Origin: an uncultured bacterium
Lineage (GTDB): Bacteria; UBP7; UBA6624
Length of the DNA stretch: 28,228 bases
Assembly (NCBI GenBank): GCA_964012435.1
Contig: CAXGSM010000015.1
Location: 1 to 28,228, forward strand
Reading direction: 5' to 3'
Made by a program: the position numbers and the translations under genes. Position 1 is the first letter of the stretch; each line of letters opens with the position of its first letter. Shown here piece by piece: positions 16,236-25,201 of this stretch. Under the pieces are notes generated by a model, which saw only the letters and a list, made by a program, of their open reading frames with translations, had not been told where the DNA came from and ran no database searches.

Positions 16236-17452
16236 GAAGATGCTAGCTTGTGAAGCTCTTTTTCAGCAAGTATTTTTTTTGATTTTTTTGCCTTTTGGAA
16301 TATGGCTTCAATTATCGCTTCACTCTCTTCATAATTATTTTCCCGTAACCAGAAAATGATATTTGACTTACCGCTCATTGGTCCAATTTCAATTTTTTGC
16401 TTCAATCCAAAATCCGCTGCTGGAACACCGCTATAAACTCTATCAGCCAACCAGTTATCACCCTTTTTTAAAGCTTTGATAACCGCTGCAGCATGGACAC
16501 CTGTTCCAGTCCTGAAGGCATCTTCACCGATTACCGGATAACCTTTAGGTATTGGGACACCTGTAGCATCACTAACTGTTTTAACATATTCTGAAAGTTT
16601 TGAAAGATCTCTATCTATCCATCCGAGAAGTTGAAAATTTACTAGAAGTTGATCTATTGGCGTATTCCCAACTCTTTCTCCAATCCCTAAAGCTGTTCCA
16701 TGGACCCTGTCTGCTCCAGCCTCAATAGCTGCTAATGTATTTGGCATATCAAGCCCTCTGTCTCTGTGCCCATGCCAGTCAACTTGGATTCCATCTTCAA
16801 TGCCGTCTACAAAATTTCTTATGAAGTTTACTAAAGCTTTCACCCCTTCAGGTGTTGCGTGACCAACGGTATCACAAATTGTTACTCTTTTTGCACCACA
16901 TGCTATAGCTGCTCCATAAAGTTTTTTTAAATCTTCTGGATCTGCCCTGGTCGTATCCTCGGTAACATACATTACATCCAGGCCATTTTCAATTGCAAAA
17001 GAAACTGAATCCTCGGTGTCTTTAAGCATTTTTTCTATAGTCCAACCTTCTGCATATTGTCTAATAGGGGAGGAGCCAATAAAAGTGCTAACTTCCATTT
17101 TTAAGCCTGTTTTTTGTTGTATTCTTATTACAGGTTCAACATCTACTCTTAACGTTCTTGCAGCACAATTTGGATAGATTTTTAGATTTTGATTAGATAT
17201 TTCTTGTGCCAATTTTAAAGCTGAATCTTCTACATGCTTTCCAGCTCCAGGAAGACCGATATTTGCAGACTCAATCCCTAAATCATTGATTAAATGTATT
17301 ATTTTTAATTTTTCTTCCATTGTGGGCGTTTTCACAGAGGGGCTTTGTAGTCCATCTCTTAATGTTTCATCATCAAGTTGAGGAGCTTTTTTTGGAGAGA
17401 AGATGTTGTTTTTTTTATTCCAATCAAAAATTAGATTATTTGATTTTTTCAA
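16232..17452 (-). CDS. leuA: 2-isopropylmalate synthase / homocitrate synthase family enzyme (DRE-TIM), short form without a regulatory domain
   Basis: DETLRDGLQSP, EDTTRAD, ICDTVGHATP, HGHRDRG (HxH), GIGERVGN, MSGKSN. TTG start. Adjacent to a leuD-like gene. Substrate not provable from sequence. Confidence 0.8.
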   Translation of the reverse strand: MKKSNNLIFDWNKKNNIFSPKKAPQLDDETLRDGLQSPSVKTPTMEEKLKIIHLINDLGIESANIGLPGAGKHVEDSALKLAQEISNQNLKIYPNCAARTLRVDVEPVIRIQQKTGLKMEVSTFIGSSPIRQYAEGWTIEKMLKDTEDSVSFAIENGLDVMYVTEDTTRADPEDLKKLYGAAIACGAKRVTICDTVGHATPEGVKALVNFIRNFVDGIEDGIQVDWHGHRDRGLDMPNTLAAIEAGADRVHGTALGIGERVGNTPIDQLLVNFQLLGWIDRDLSKLSEYVKTVSDATGVPIPKGYPVIGEDAFRTGTGVHAAAVIKALKKGDNWLADRVYSGVPAADFGLKQKIEIGPMSGKSNIIFWLRENNYEESEAIIEAIFQKAKKSKKILAEKELHKLASS

Positions 17453-17454
17453 AA

Positions 17455-17961
17455 TTATGTTAAACCCTGATCTTTGATCCAGTTTATCAATCCACCAGAT
17501 TTAATTATTTCTTCAATAAATTTCGGAAAGGGTTCTGCTGCAAATGTTTTATTTTTAGTCACATTTGTAATCTCACCTGTCCTTAAGTTTGCTTTTATCT
17601 CATCGGTATGATCTGTAATTTCAACTATTTCTTTGCAAACGAGAATCGGAAGTCCTATATTGATTGAGTTTCTGTAAAAAATTCTTGCGAATGAGTTTGC
17701 TATAACAAGTGATACTCCAGACCATTTTATACACAATGGAGCTACTTCTCTTGATGATCCACAGCCAAAATTTTCACCTGCAACAATAATGTCGCCTTCT
17801 TTTACCTGTTTTGCAAAAGATCCATCTGTCCATTCGGGATGGCCTTCCATGCAGTGTGGAGTTAAATCTTCTTTCTGATAGCTTGAGCAATATCTTGCCG
17901 GAATAATAATATCGGTATCTATGTTGTCTTCAAACTTGAACACATTTCCTTGAACTTTCAT
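17455..17961 (-). CDS. leuD: 3-isopropylmalate dehydratase / homoaconitase small subunit (LeuD/HacB type)
   Basis: [44 protein letters not shown]-terminal GGL. Confidence 0.9.
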   Translation of the reverse strand: MKVQGNVFKFEDNIDTDIIIPARYCSSYQKEDLTPHCMEGHPEWTDGSFAKQVKEGDIIVAGENFGCGSSREVAPLCIKWSGVSLVIANSFARIFYRNSINIGLPILVCKEIVEITDHTDEIKANLRTGEITNVTKNKTFAAEPFPKFIEEIIKSGGLINWIKDQGLT

Positions 17962-17963
17962 GG

Positions 17964-17978
17964 TTTATATTATATAAA
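17964..17978 (-). promoter_or_regulatory. Internal -10 box 7 nt upstream of the leuD ATG (leaderless-type promoter), inside a 7-1-7 inverted repeat
   Basis: Minus strand reads TATAAT (17974-17969)-ATAAACC-ATG with no SD. Plus strand reads TTTATAT-T-ATATAAA. Confidence 0.5.
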
Positions 17979-17982
17979 TCTT

Positions 17983-19470
17983 TTAGTGATTAAAATGCCT
18001 GGTTCCAGTTAGGGCTAGAGATATGTTGTTTTCTTCAGAGGCTTGGATAACTTCATCATCTCTTATTGAGCCTCCTGGTTGAATAATTGCTTTTACCCCA
18101 TGTCTGCCAGCTAGGTCTATAGAGTCTCTAAAAGGAAAAAAAGCATCAGAAGACATAACTGCTTGATGTGATTTTTTACCTGAAACTGAAAGTGCAGTCT
18201 CTAGAGCTCCAACTCTGCTTGTACTGCCAGCTCCACCTCCAACCATCACACCATTTTTAACCAGACATATTGCATTTGATTTCATTTCTTTAACAATAAT
18301 ATTTGCTAAATGTAAATCTGAAATTGTTTCACTATCAGCTTTAGGTCCATGCCAAGACCAATCTTTTGGAGATGTAGTTTTTTTGTCATTATGCTGACGA
18401 AGGGTTATCTCCGATAAGGTTTTTAGTGACCATTTTTTTTGCTCAAGAAAAGGCATTGTGATAATTCTTAGATTTTTCTTTTTGCTCAACACTTCAAGAG
18501 CTTCTTTTTCAACAAAAGGCGTAACTATAACCTCAACAAAGAAATTAGATAAATATTCAGCTGTTTCTAGGTCTAATTTTGGTTTTACTGCTATGACAGA
18601 GCCAAAAGCTGCTCTTGGATCTCCATTCCAGGCATCCTCCATTGATTGTCTTAAATCATTATTAAGTGCAACTCCAGTTGGGTTTGTATGTTTGACAACT
18701 ACTGATCCGTTAGAAGGAAGAGATTTACAGATCCTTAAAGCAGCATCAATATCTAGATAATTATTGTAGGAAAGCTCTTTTCCTTGATGCTGTATTTGTT
18801 CTTTTTTGAGGTTTTTTGAAATTAAAACAGCTGCTTCTTGGTGAGGGTTTTCCCCATATCTTAATTTTTCCCATTTTCCCTCTAGAACAAATTCAGCCTC
18901 TTTGTCCTCTTCGTTCATCCATTTTGAAATGTCGAGATCGAGCTTGGCAGTTTTTTTGAAAGCTTTTGCAGCATATCTTTTTCTTATCTTGGAATCAAAA
19001 CCTTTGTCTAAATTTTCTATAACCTCTCCATAATCTTTTGGATCTGTTACAACTAAACAATTTTGGTGGTTTTTTGCTGCAGCTCTAACCATGCTTGGCC
19101 CACCAATATCTATTGACTCAATTGCTTCAGAAAATTCTTTATTTTTTCCTTCTGAAAAATTATAGAAATTAACAACAACCATATCAATTCTGTTTATTTG
19201 GTTTTCATTCATTTCCTTTATATGTTTTTTATTAGTTACGTCTCCAAGTATTCCGCCAAAAACTTTTGGATGAAGTGTTTTCACTCTACCATCTAGTATT
19301 TCAGGAAATTTAGTCAATTCGGAGACAGAAAAAACATCAACACCATGTTTTTCTAGATACTTTCTTGTTCCCCCGCTTGAAAATATTAAAAAATTATTTT
19401 TTACGAGCTCTTTGCCAAGGTTTTCTAAGTTTTCTTTGTTAGTTACTGATAATATTGCGTATTTTTTCAT
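17983..19470 (-). CDS. purH: Bifunctional AICAR formyltransferase / IMP cyclohydrolase
   Basis: FPEILDGRVKTLHPKVFGGIL, IDIGGPSMVRAAAKN, LRYGENPHQ, LSYNNYLD, KHTNP, SDAFFPFRD, IQPGGSIRD, RHFNH. Confidence 0.98.
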   Translation of the reverse strand: MKKYAILSVTNKENLENLGKELVKNNFLIFSSGGTRKYLEKHGVDVFSVSELTKFPEILDGRVKTLHPKVFGGILGDVTNKKHIKEMNENQINRIDMVVVNFYNFSEGKNKEFSEAIESIDIGGPSMVRAAAKNHQNCLVVTDPKDYGEVIENLDKGFDSKIRKRYAAKAFKKTAKLDLDISKWMNEEDKEAEFVLEGKWEKLRYGENPHQEAAVLISKNLKKEQIQHQGKELSYNNYLDIDAALRICKSLPSNGSVVVKHTNPTGVALNNDLRQSMEDAWNGDPRAAFGSVIAVKPKLDLETAEYLSNFFVEVIVTPFVEKEALEVLSKKKNLRIITMPFLEQKKWSLKTLSEITLRQHNDKKTTSPKDWSWHGPKADSETISDLHLANIIVKEMKSNAICLVKNGVMVGGGAGSTSRVGALETALSVSGKKSHQAVMSSDAFFPFRDSIDLAGRHGVKAIIQPGGSIRDDEVIQASEENNISLALTGTRHFNH

Positions 19471-20429
19471 TTATCTTTCATCCTGTGAAGTGCCATTTCT
19501 GCTTTTAAGTATTTAGGAGGCACTTTCATTTGTCTTTGAAGTATTTGGTAATTATAAGCCTGAGGTCTTCCCTCAAAAAATTTGCCACCTTTTGAATATC
19601 CATGCCTAACCACAGCGTTTAAAAGATCAAGCCATATAGTAGATGCTCTTCTCATTGGTAAGACTGCTGACAATTCAAATCTAATGAGCTTGTCTGAGCT
19701 ATGTTGGTTTATTTCATTGTCAAAAGCTGCTGTAAAAAATCCACATAAAGAATTGTTTTCTTCTGATACAAAACAGAATCCTCTTTCTTGATTTAGAGAT
19801 TTTTCAACCCATAATTCATGAATTTTTTCAGCAAAACCATCGGGAAAGTTAGGGTCTTTGTGAAATCTTGAATTTTTGAATATTTTTTTTGATATATTTA
19901 ATATTTTTCCAAAATCTTTTTTTTCAGCAAGCCTGACATTGGTTTTGCTTTTTATCCCATAAATTTCATGTGTAATTCCTTCTTCATATGTGAAAATACT
20001 TCTTAAAACTATATCTGCATAATTAAATTTGTTATTTTCCAAAGCTCTAACGCCTATTATGTTTTGAGCATCTATTCTTGTTTGAAGGAATGAGAAATTG
20101 TTTTTATCCGCCCATTCTGTTGCTTTTCTTATCAGATTGTCAGATTCTTTTTGGGATTTTTTTACTGAGTGAAAAAGGTTTAGGATTCCTGATTTTTTAC
20201 CAAAAGCTTCTGAATCGAATGCGGAATAGTCTATTGTGCAGGCTGAATCTTCAGAAAGCAAGAAGAGGTTTTTTTTGGACTCAATTGAACTTTGCCATTT
20301 TTTTAAAAGATGTTTTTGGTGCACATGTGAAGGGTATTCTTTTATGAACCTGTAAGGTGACGCCAGTATCTTCTTTATAAAACTGTTAATATTTTCAAAA
20401 TCTTCTATTTTTTTAACTTCTTTTAACAT
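19467..20429 (-). CDS. WecD-like GNAT-fold protein (putative NDP-aminosugar N-acyltransferase)
   Basis: FDSEAFG, LENNKF, VRLAEKKD, and FKNSRFHKDPNF...AEKIHELWV, resembling the WecD-family SRF..DP motif. Coupled to the aminotransferase and GT genes. Confidence 0.6.
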   Translation of the reverse strand: MLKEVKKIEDFENINSFIKKILASPYRFIKEYPSHVHQKHLLKKWQSSIESKKNLFLLSEDSACTIDYSAFDSEAFGKKSGILNLFHSVKKSQKESDNLIRKATEWADKNNFSFLQTRIDAQNIIGVRALENNKFNYADIVLRSIFTYEEGITHEIYGIKSKTNVRLAEKKDFGKILNISKKIFKNSRFHKDPNFPDGFAEKIHELWVEKSLNQERGFCFVSEENNSLCGFFTAAFDNEINQHSSDKLIRFELSAVLPMRRASTIWLDLLNAVVRHGYSKGGKFFEGRPQAYNYQILQRQMKVPPKYLKAEMALHRMKDK

Positions 20430-21676
20430 TCGTAATCCTCAGTCCATTTTCTTTCAATTACGTCATTGTAGAGATTAATACATGATTTTGCTGCTCTTTC
20501 AGCAGTCCAAGTTTTCGTGTTTCTTTTATATCCATTTTCACCCATGATTTTTCTTTCATTTTTGTTTTTTATTAATTTGATTATCGCATCGGCTAATTCA
20601 TGCTCATTTTCTTTTTCAACCAAGATTCCTTCTTTTCCATCTGAAATCATTTCAGGTATGGTGCCTACTTTTGTTGATACTATTGGAATTTTCATGCTTT
20701 GAGCTTCTAGTATAGTGAACGGAAAGAGATCAAATATAGATGGATGCACAAGTATATCCATTGCTGCATAAAAATCATTTACATTTTCTCTTAAGCCAGC
20801 AAATTTTATAGAGTTTTCTAGATTGTTTTTTTTGACAATTTTTTTGAGTTCAATCAGATATGGATCCTTTTCTCCGTATATTGATCCACCAACAATAAGC
20901 AATCTTGATTTAGGGATTTTTTGCTGGACCTTTTTCCAGCATTTAATTAAGGTTTTATGACCTTTTATTGGATCAAGTCTGCTTACAGAACCAATCAAAA
21001 TTGCTTTTTTATCTATATTGAATTCTTTTCTAACCACATTGCCATCAGATTTGTATTTGTTAAATTGCCTTGCGACTATATCAATATTTCGCATAATTGA
21101 TATTTTTGAAAAAATATGCCCAAGCGACATTGCAAATTTTTTAGCTTCATTTGAGTTGACTACAAGTCTGTTTAGGAATATTGAATTTAATGCAAAAGCA
21201 ATTTTTTTATGCACTGGAACAAAAGGCTCTGTAGAGGTGAAAAACTTGACCGCTAACGCTCTTGGCCGTGCTGCAAGAAGTGTTAGGAGCTCTGCGTACC
21301 AAGGAGTATGAAATATCGTTAGCGCACAACTAAATTTTGAATTTTTCTTAAAAATTTTTTGGATTTTCAAAAAAGCTTTTATGTTTGTTTTTATGTAATG
21401 TTTAAAATTTTTGTACCAGCCATGTATTTTTGCCTGATTTATTGGTCCTGCCATCCATATCTCATGAACCACTATTCCACTTTTTGAGGCTTCCTTTGAA
21501 AGCTGGCTTCTTTCTATTCCTGGCCACCAGTAAATCAATATCAATTCAGAGTCTTCTAGGTATTTTTTTGATTCCTTGATTATTTCTATAATTGTTTTTC
21601 TCAAGACTGGCGTAAGATAGTGGCCAACCACAAAAAAACTTTTAAAATTTTTGAATTTTTTTTTAGAGGACTTCAC
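20423..21676 (-). CDS. Glycosyltransferase family 4 (GT-B fold)
   Basis: VSRLDPIKGH, FAGLRENVNDFYAAMDILVHPSIFDLFPFTILEAQSMKIPIVST.VG.IPEMI, GILV. GTG start. Confidence 0.93.
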   Translation of the reverse strand: MKSSKKKFKNFKSFFVVGHYLTPVLRKTIIEIIKESKKYLEDSELILIYWWPGIERSQLSKEASKSGIVVHEIWMAGPINQAKIHGWYKNFKHYIKTNIKAFLKIQKIFKKNSKFSCALTIFHTPWYAELLTLLAARPRALAVKFFTSTEPFVPVHKKIAFALNSIFLNRLVVNSNEAKKFAMSLGHIFSKISIMRNIDIVARQFNKYKSDGNVVRKEFNIDKKAILIGSVSRLDPIKGHKTLIKCWKKVQQKIPKSRLLIVGGSIYGEKDPYLIELKKIVKKNNLENSIKFAGLRENVNDFYAAMDILVHPSIFDLFPFTILEAQSMKIPIVSTKVGTIPEMISDGKEGILVEKENEHELADAIIKLIKNKNERKIMGENGYKRNTKTWTAERAAKSCINLYNDVIERKWTEDYEC

Positions 21677-22808
21677 TTGCTATTTTTTTTATTTGTTTGG
21701 AGATATAGTTAATTTCATCATCCTTTAGGTTTCCATGAGAAGGAATTGTTACTGTTTCTTTTCCAATTTTTTCAGCCTCTGGAAAATCTCCATTTTTATA
21801 ATTGAATGTTTTTTTGTAGTATTCCATAAGGTGTATAGGTCTGTAGTTTACTGCAATGCCAATTCCGGCTTTTTCTAATCGCCTAATAAAAAGGTCTCTT
21901 TTTTCAGGTATTCTTAATGTGAAGAGATAAGGCGAGTCTTCTTCCTTTAGGACTGGATGGAGTGTTATTCCAAATTGTTCAATTCCTTTTAATTTTTTTC
22001 GATATTTAGAATCCAATGACCATCTTTTTTGAAGATTATTTTCAATCCATTTTTTTTCAGTCTGGTCAATGAGCAAGGATGCTGATATGTCATCTAGGTT
22101 ACATTTCATTCCGAGGTTAGGCATATCGTAATGAGAGTAAGATCTAGAGCCTCTTGCAGCTGGAGCCTTGTCCATTCCGTGAAGGACTATTTTTCTTGCT
22201 TTTTCGTAAATTGTTTTTTCATTGGTTATCAAACATCCACCTTCTCCGCATGTTAATGCTTTTGTTGCATAAAAAGATAATGCTGAAGAGGTTGAAAATG
22301 ATCCAGGCGATTTTCCATTCATTTTTGCCTCAAATGCATGTGCTGAATCTTCAATGATTTTTATATCACGATCACCTATTATTCTTTTTATTGATTCGAT
22401 ATCTACCATTTGGCCATAAAGATGAACTGGGATTATGGCTTTGGTTTTTTTTGAAATTGCTTTTTCTAGCCTCTTCAAATTCATTAAGCCTGTACAGGGT
22501 TCTACATCAACAAACTTGGGAATTCCACCAGCAAGTATGATTGCGTTTGAGGTTGCTATGAAAGACATTGGAGTGGTGATGACTTCGTCATTTTTCTTCA
22601 AGCCAATAGACATTAGAGAAACTTGCAATGCTGTTGTGCATGATGAAGTTAATATTGCATAATTACTATCAAGATATTTTGATATTTTTTGTTCAACATT
22701 TTTTGATATTGGGCCAGATGTTATATGGTTATTTGAAATTGCTTTTTTGACATTTTTAAAATCAATATCTTTCAAAGAGTGCTTCCAAAAGGGTATTTTT
22801 AAAGTCAT
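21663..22808 (-). CDS. DegT/DnrJ/EryC1/StrS-family PLP-dependent sugar aminotransferase
   Basis: SSCTTAL, DEVIT, PKFVDV, AIIPVHLYGQ, IEDSAHA, and SFYATKALTCGEGG with the PLP lysine. Confidence 0.95.
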   Translation of the reverse strand: MTLKIPFWKHSLKDIDFKNVKKAISNNHITSGPISKNVEQKISKYLDSNYAILTSSCTTALQVSLMSIGLKKNDEVITTPMSFIATSNAIILAGGIPKFVDVEPCTGLMNLKRLEKAISKKTKAIIPVHLYGQMVDIESIKRIIGDRDIKIIEDSAHAFEAKMNGKSPGSFSTSSALSFYATKALTCGEGGCLITNEKTIYEKARKIVLHGMDKAPAARGSRSYSHYDMPNLGMKCNLDDISASLLIDQTEKKWIENNLQKRWSLDSKYRKKLKGIEQFGITLHPVLKEEDSPYLFTLRIPEKRDLFIRRLEKAGIGIAVNYRPIHLMEYYKKTFNYKNGDFPEAEKIGKETVTIPSHGNLKDDEINYISKQIKKIASEVL

Positions 22809-22841
22809 GTTTACTACAATCTATCATATTCTTAATAAAGT

Positions 22842-25145
22842 ATGAAAAAAGTTAAAATTTTTTTCCAATCAGAAGATTTAGCAAAAGTATCAAATCTTAA
22901 AAATCTTCCAAAAGGTTTTTTGATTGATGCTAGCAGATTTCTCGAAGGCGAAGAGGTTGTTCTGGATTTATTCTGGGATTTTCGAGATTTTTTAAAAAAG
23001 AATGGCTGGTCTCTGGTGATTGAAAAAAAAAGTATTAAGGCTTTTGAGGATTTCAAAAAGCAAAAATCGGTAATTTTAGATTCTTCTAAAAGTAGAAGTA
23101 TTGTTTTTAGGTATAAGGGAAAGAACAGAAGGATTTCAAAGTTGATAAAAAAAATATCTCCAAAAGGTTGGATATTGGAACCTTTAAAACTGGGTTCCTT
23201 TTTGTTAGATTTAAGGTCTTTAGGGGTTGTTGTTACTTACACTCAATCTGGAAAGGAGGCTCTAGCAAGATTCAAGAGAAAGAATTTGGTTAAAGTTTTT
23301 GAGTCTAATGGTCAAATCAAAATTGACTATAGCTCTTCTCTTTTATCAAAATATGTTTTGATATTATCTGATTATACGAATTCAGAATCTTTGAATGAAC
23401 CTTTATTCTTGAAGCCGCTAGTCGAGGCTTTAAGGTTTGCAGGATCGTGGGTTGAAATTAGTGAGAAAGCTTGGAGGTTAAATAAGATTGCATCCCTAAA
23501 TAAAGTTTGTTTTGTTCCGTCTGTTAAGTTTTTTAATCAAATTCAATCTTTTCCAAGCAAGGAGCTTATGTCTGATGATATAAGAAAAATATGCGATTCT
23601 TTTTTAGATGAATCTTCATTGCTGCTTTCAGCTAGATCATTAAAAGTTTTATCCAGAAAGCTCAAGGCTTTGGATGTTCAGTTTAGCATACATCCGTTAG
23701 CAAAAATTTTAGTTTTAGACGATGAGGTAATTCACCAAGAATTCGATAACAGCATGATCAAGTTGCCCCTTTTGGATTACCAAGAAAAAGGAGCATTATT
23801 TTTGTCAACAAGAAAAAGGGCATTATTAGGTGATGAAATGGGATTGGGAAAAACAGTTCAGGCAATTGCGGCCATAGAAAAGATGAAAAGAAAAGATCCT
23901 GACTTGAAGGTTTTAATTGTTGTGCCTGCAAGCTTAAGGGGTCAATGGAGAAGTGAATTTCATAAATTTGCAGGTAGAGATATTGAAATTGTAAGAGGAA
24001 AACCTAAAGAAAGACAGTTGTTATGGAAGTCTCCAGCTGATATAAAAATAGTTAATTACGAACTGCTAAGAAGGGATCCTGAAATTAAAGAATATGTAAA
24101 AGATGGTTTGATTGTTTTAGATGAATGTCAAAGGGTCAAAAACTGGAAAACAAAAACAAGTAAGATTATTAATTCTTATGCCTTCAGATATTGTTTTGGG
24201 CTTTCAGGAACCCCTTTAGAGAATTCAATTGAAGAGCTTTATACCATCATGAAGGTAATACAGCCTTCAGTTTTTGGACCTTCACCATTTGGTTTTAGGG
24301 AAAGGTATTTGGTTTTAGATAGGTTTGGCTCTGTTGTCAAGGTCAAAAATATAGATGAAGTAAGAAGAAAAATGAAAGGTGTCTTCCTTAGAAGAAGAAA
24401 AGATGAAGTTTTGGACTCTTTGCCTGAGTTGACCGAAAGTGTTCGTTATCTCGAAATGTCAACTAATCAAAAAAAACTTTACCATAAAATTTTTAAAAAA
24501 GTTTATAAGTCATGGGAATCAGATAAAACAGATGAGGGTCAAATGAATGCTCTAGAAGGTATTTTAAGGATGAGAGAAGCTTGTACATGTCCAGAGCTGT
24601 TAGGGGAGCAGGAGGAAGGCAACAAGCTGAAAGAGTTGATTGAAATTATTGAAAGTGCGAATATTGGCTCAGGCAAAAAAATGATTATTTTTACACAGTG
24701 GGTCAGGATGGGAAAGATAATTGGTAAATTTTTGAGTGACAAAAATATAAATTCTGTTTTTTATCATGGTGCTCTTAATCAAAAAAAAAGAGATCAAGTT
24801 ATTAACGAATTTAAAAATAATTCTAAAATTAATATTTTTATAGCAACTGATGCAGCATCTTCAGGCTTGAATTTACAGTTTGTTGATCTTGTTGTAAATT
24901 TTGAACTTTTGTATAATCCAGCGAAAATTGCTCAAAGAGTGGCCAGAGCTCATCGTATAGGTAGTAAAAACCCTGTTTTGGCAATTCATTTGGTTTCAGA
25001 AAATACTGTCGAAGAAAAGATCTTATCAATACTGGAAAGAAAGAAAAATTTATTTCATGAGGTTTTGGAAAATCGTGATTTTGAAAAGCAAGAATATGCT
25101 GAGATATTATCAAAAAAAGAATTAATTGATTTACTTCTTTCTTAA
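22842..25145 (+). CDS. SNF2-family helicase-like ATPase with an N-terminal repeat region
   Basis: LLDYQEKG, LGDEMGLGKT, VVPASL, NYE, LDECQRVKN, LSGTPLEN..EL, FLRRRK, IIFTQW, GLNLQ, QRVARAHRIG, ENTVEEKI. Confidence 0.95.
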   Translation: MKKVKIFFQSEDLAKVSNLKNLPKGFLIDASRFLEGEEVVLDLFWDFRDFLKKNGWSLVIEKKSIKAFEDFKKQKSVILDSSKSRSIVFRYKGKNRRISKLIKKISPKGWILEPLKLGSFLLDLRSLGVVVTYTQSGKEALARFKRKNLVKVFESNGQIKIDYSSSLLSKYVLILSDYTNSESLNEPLFLKPLVEALRFAGSWVEISEKAWRLNKIASLNKVCFVPSVKFFNQIQSFPSKELMSDDIRKICDSFLDESSLLLSARSLKVLSRKLKALDVQFSIHPLAKILVLDDEVIHQEFDNSMIKLPLLDYQEKGALFLSTRKRALLGDEMGLGKTVQAIAAIEKMKRKDPDLKVLIVVPASLRGQWRSEFHKFAGRDIEIVRGKPKERQLLWKSPADIKIVNYELLRRDPEIKEYVKDGLIVLDECQRVKNWKTKTSKIINSYAFRYCFGLSGTPLENSIEELYTIMKVIQPSVFGPSPFGFRERYLVLDRFGSVVKVKNIDEVRRKMKGVFLRRRKDEVLDSLPELTESVRYLEMSTNQKKLYHKIFKKVYKSWESDKTDEGQMNALEGILRMREACTCPELLGEQEEGNKLKELIEIIESANIGSGKKMIIFTQWVRMGKIIGKFLSDKNINSVFYHGALNQKKRDQVINEFKNNSKINIFIATDAASSGLNLQFVDLVVNFELLYNPAKIAQRVARAHRIGSKNPVLAIHLVSENTVEEKILSILERKKNLFHEVLENRDFEKQEYAEILSKKELIDLLLS

Positions 25146-25148
25146 TTT

Positions 25149-25168
25149 TGATTATATATATATAATCA
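25149..25168. promoter_or_regulatory. Perfect 20-bp palindrome containing a TATAAT box upstream of the protease and sod genes
   Basis: TGATTATATATATATAATCA equals its own reverse complement. TATAAT at 25161-25166. Confidence 0.55.
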
Positions 25169-25201
25169 GACTTGTATATTTACACACTCAAAGGAGGAAT
25201 C

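Noticed and set aside
22842..25145. SNF2 gene as part of an anti-phage defence system
   Set aside because: No methyltransferase, nuclease, PLD or other defence partner is adjacent. Neighbours are metabolic or secreted-protein genes.
25172..25201. TTG start at 25172 for the protease (likewise TTG at 6725 and 6314)
   Set aside because: Well-spaced SD sequences favour the ATGs at 25202, 6731 and 6311.
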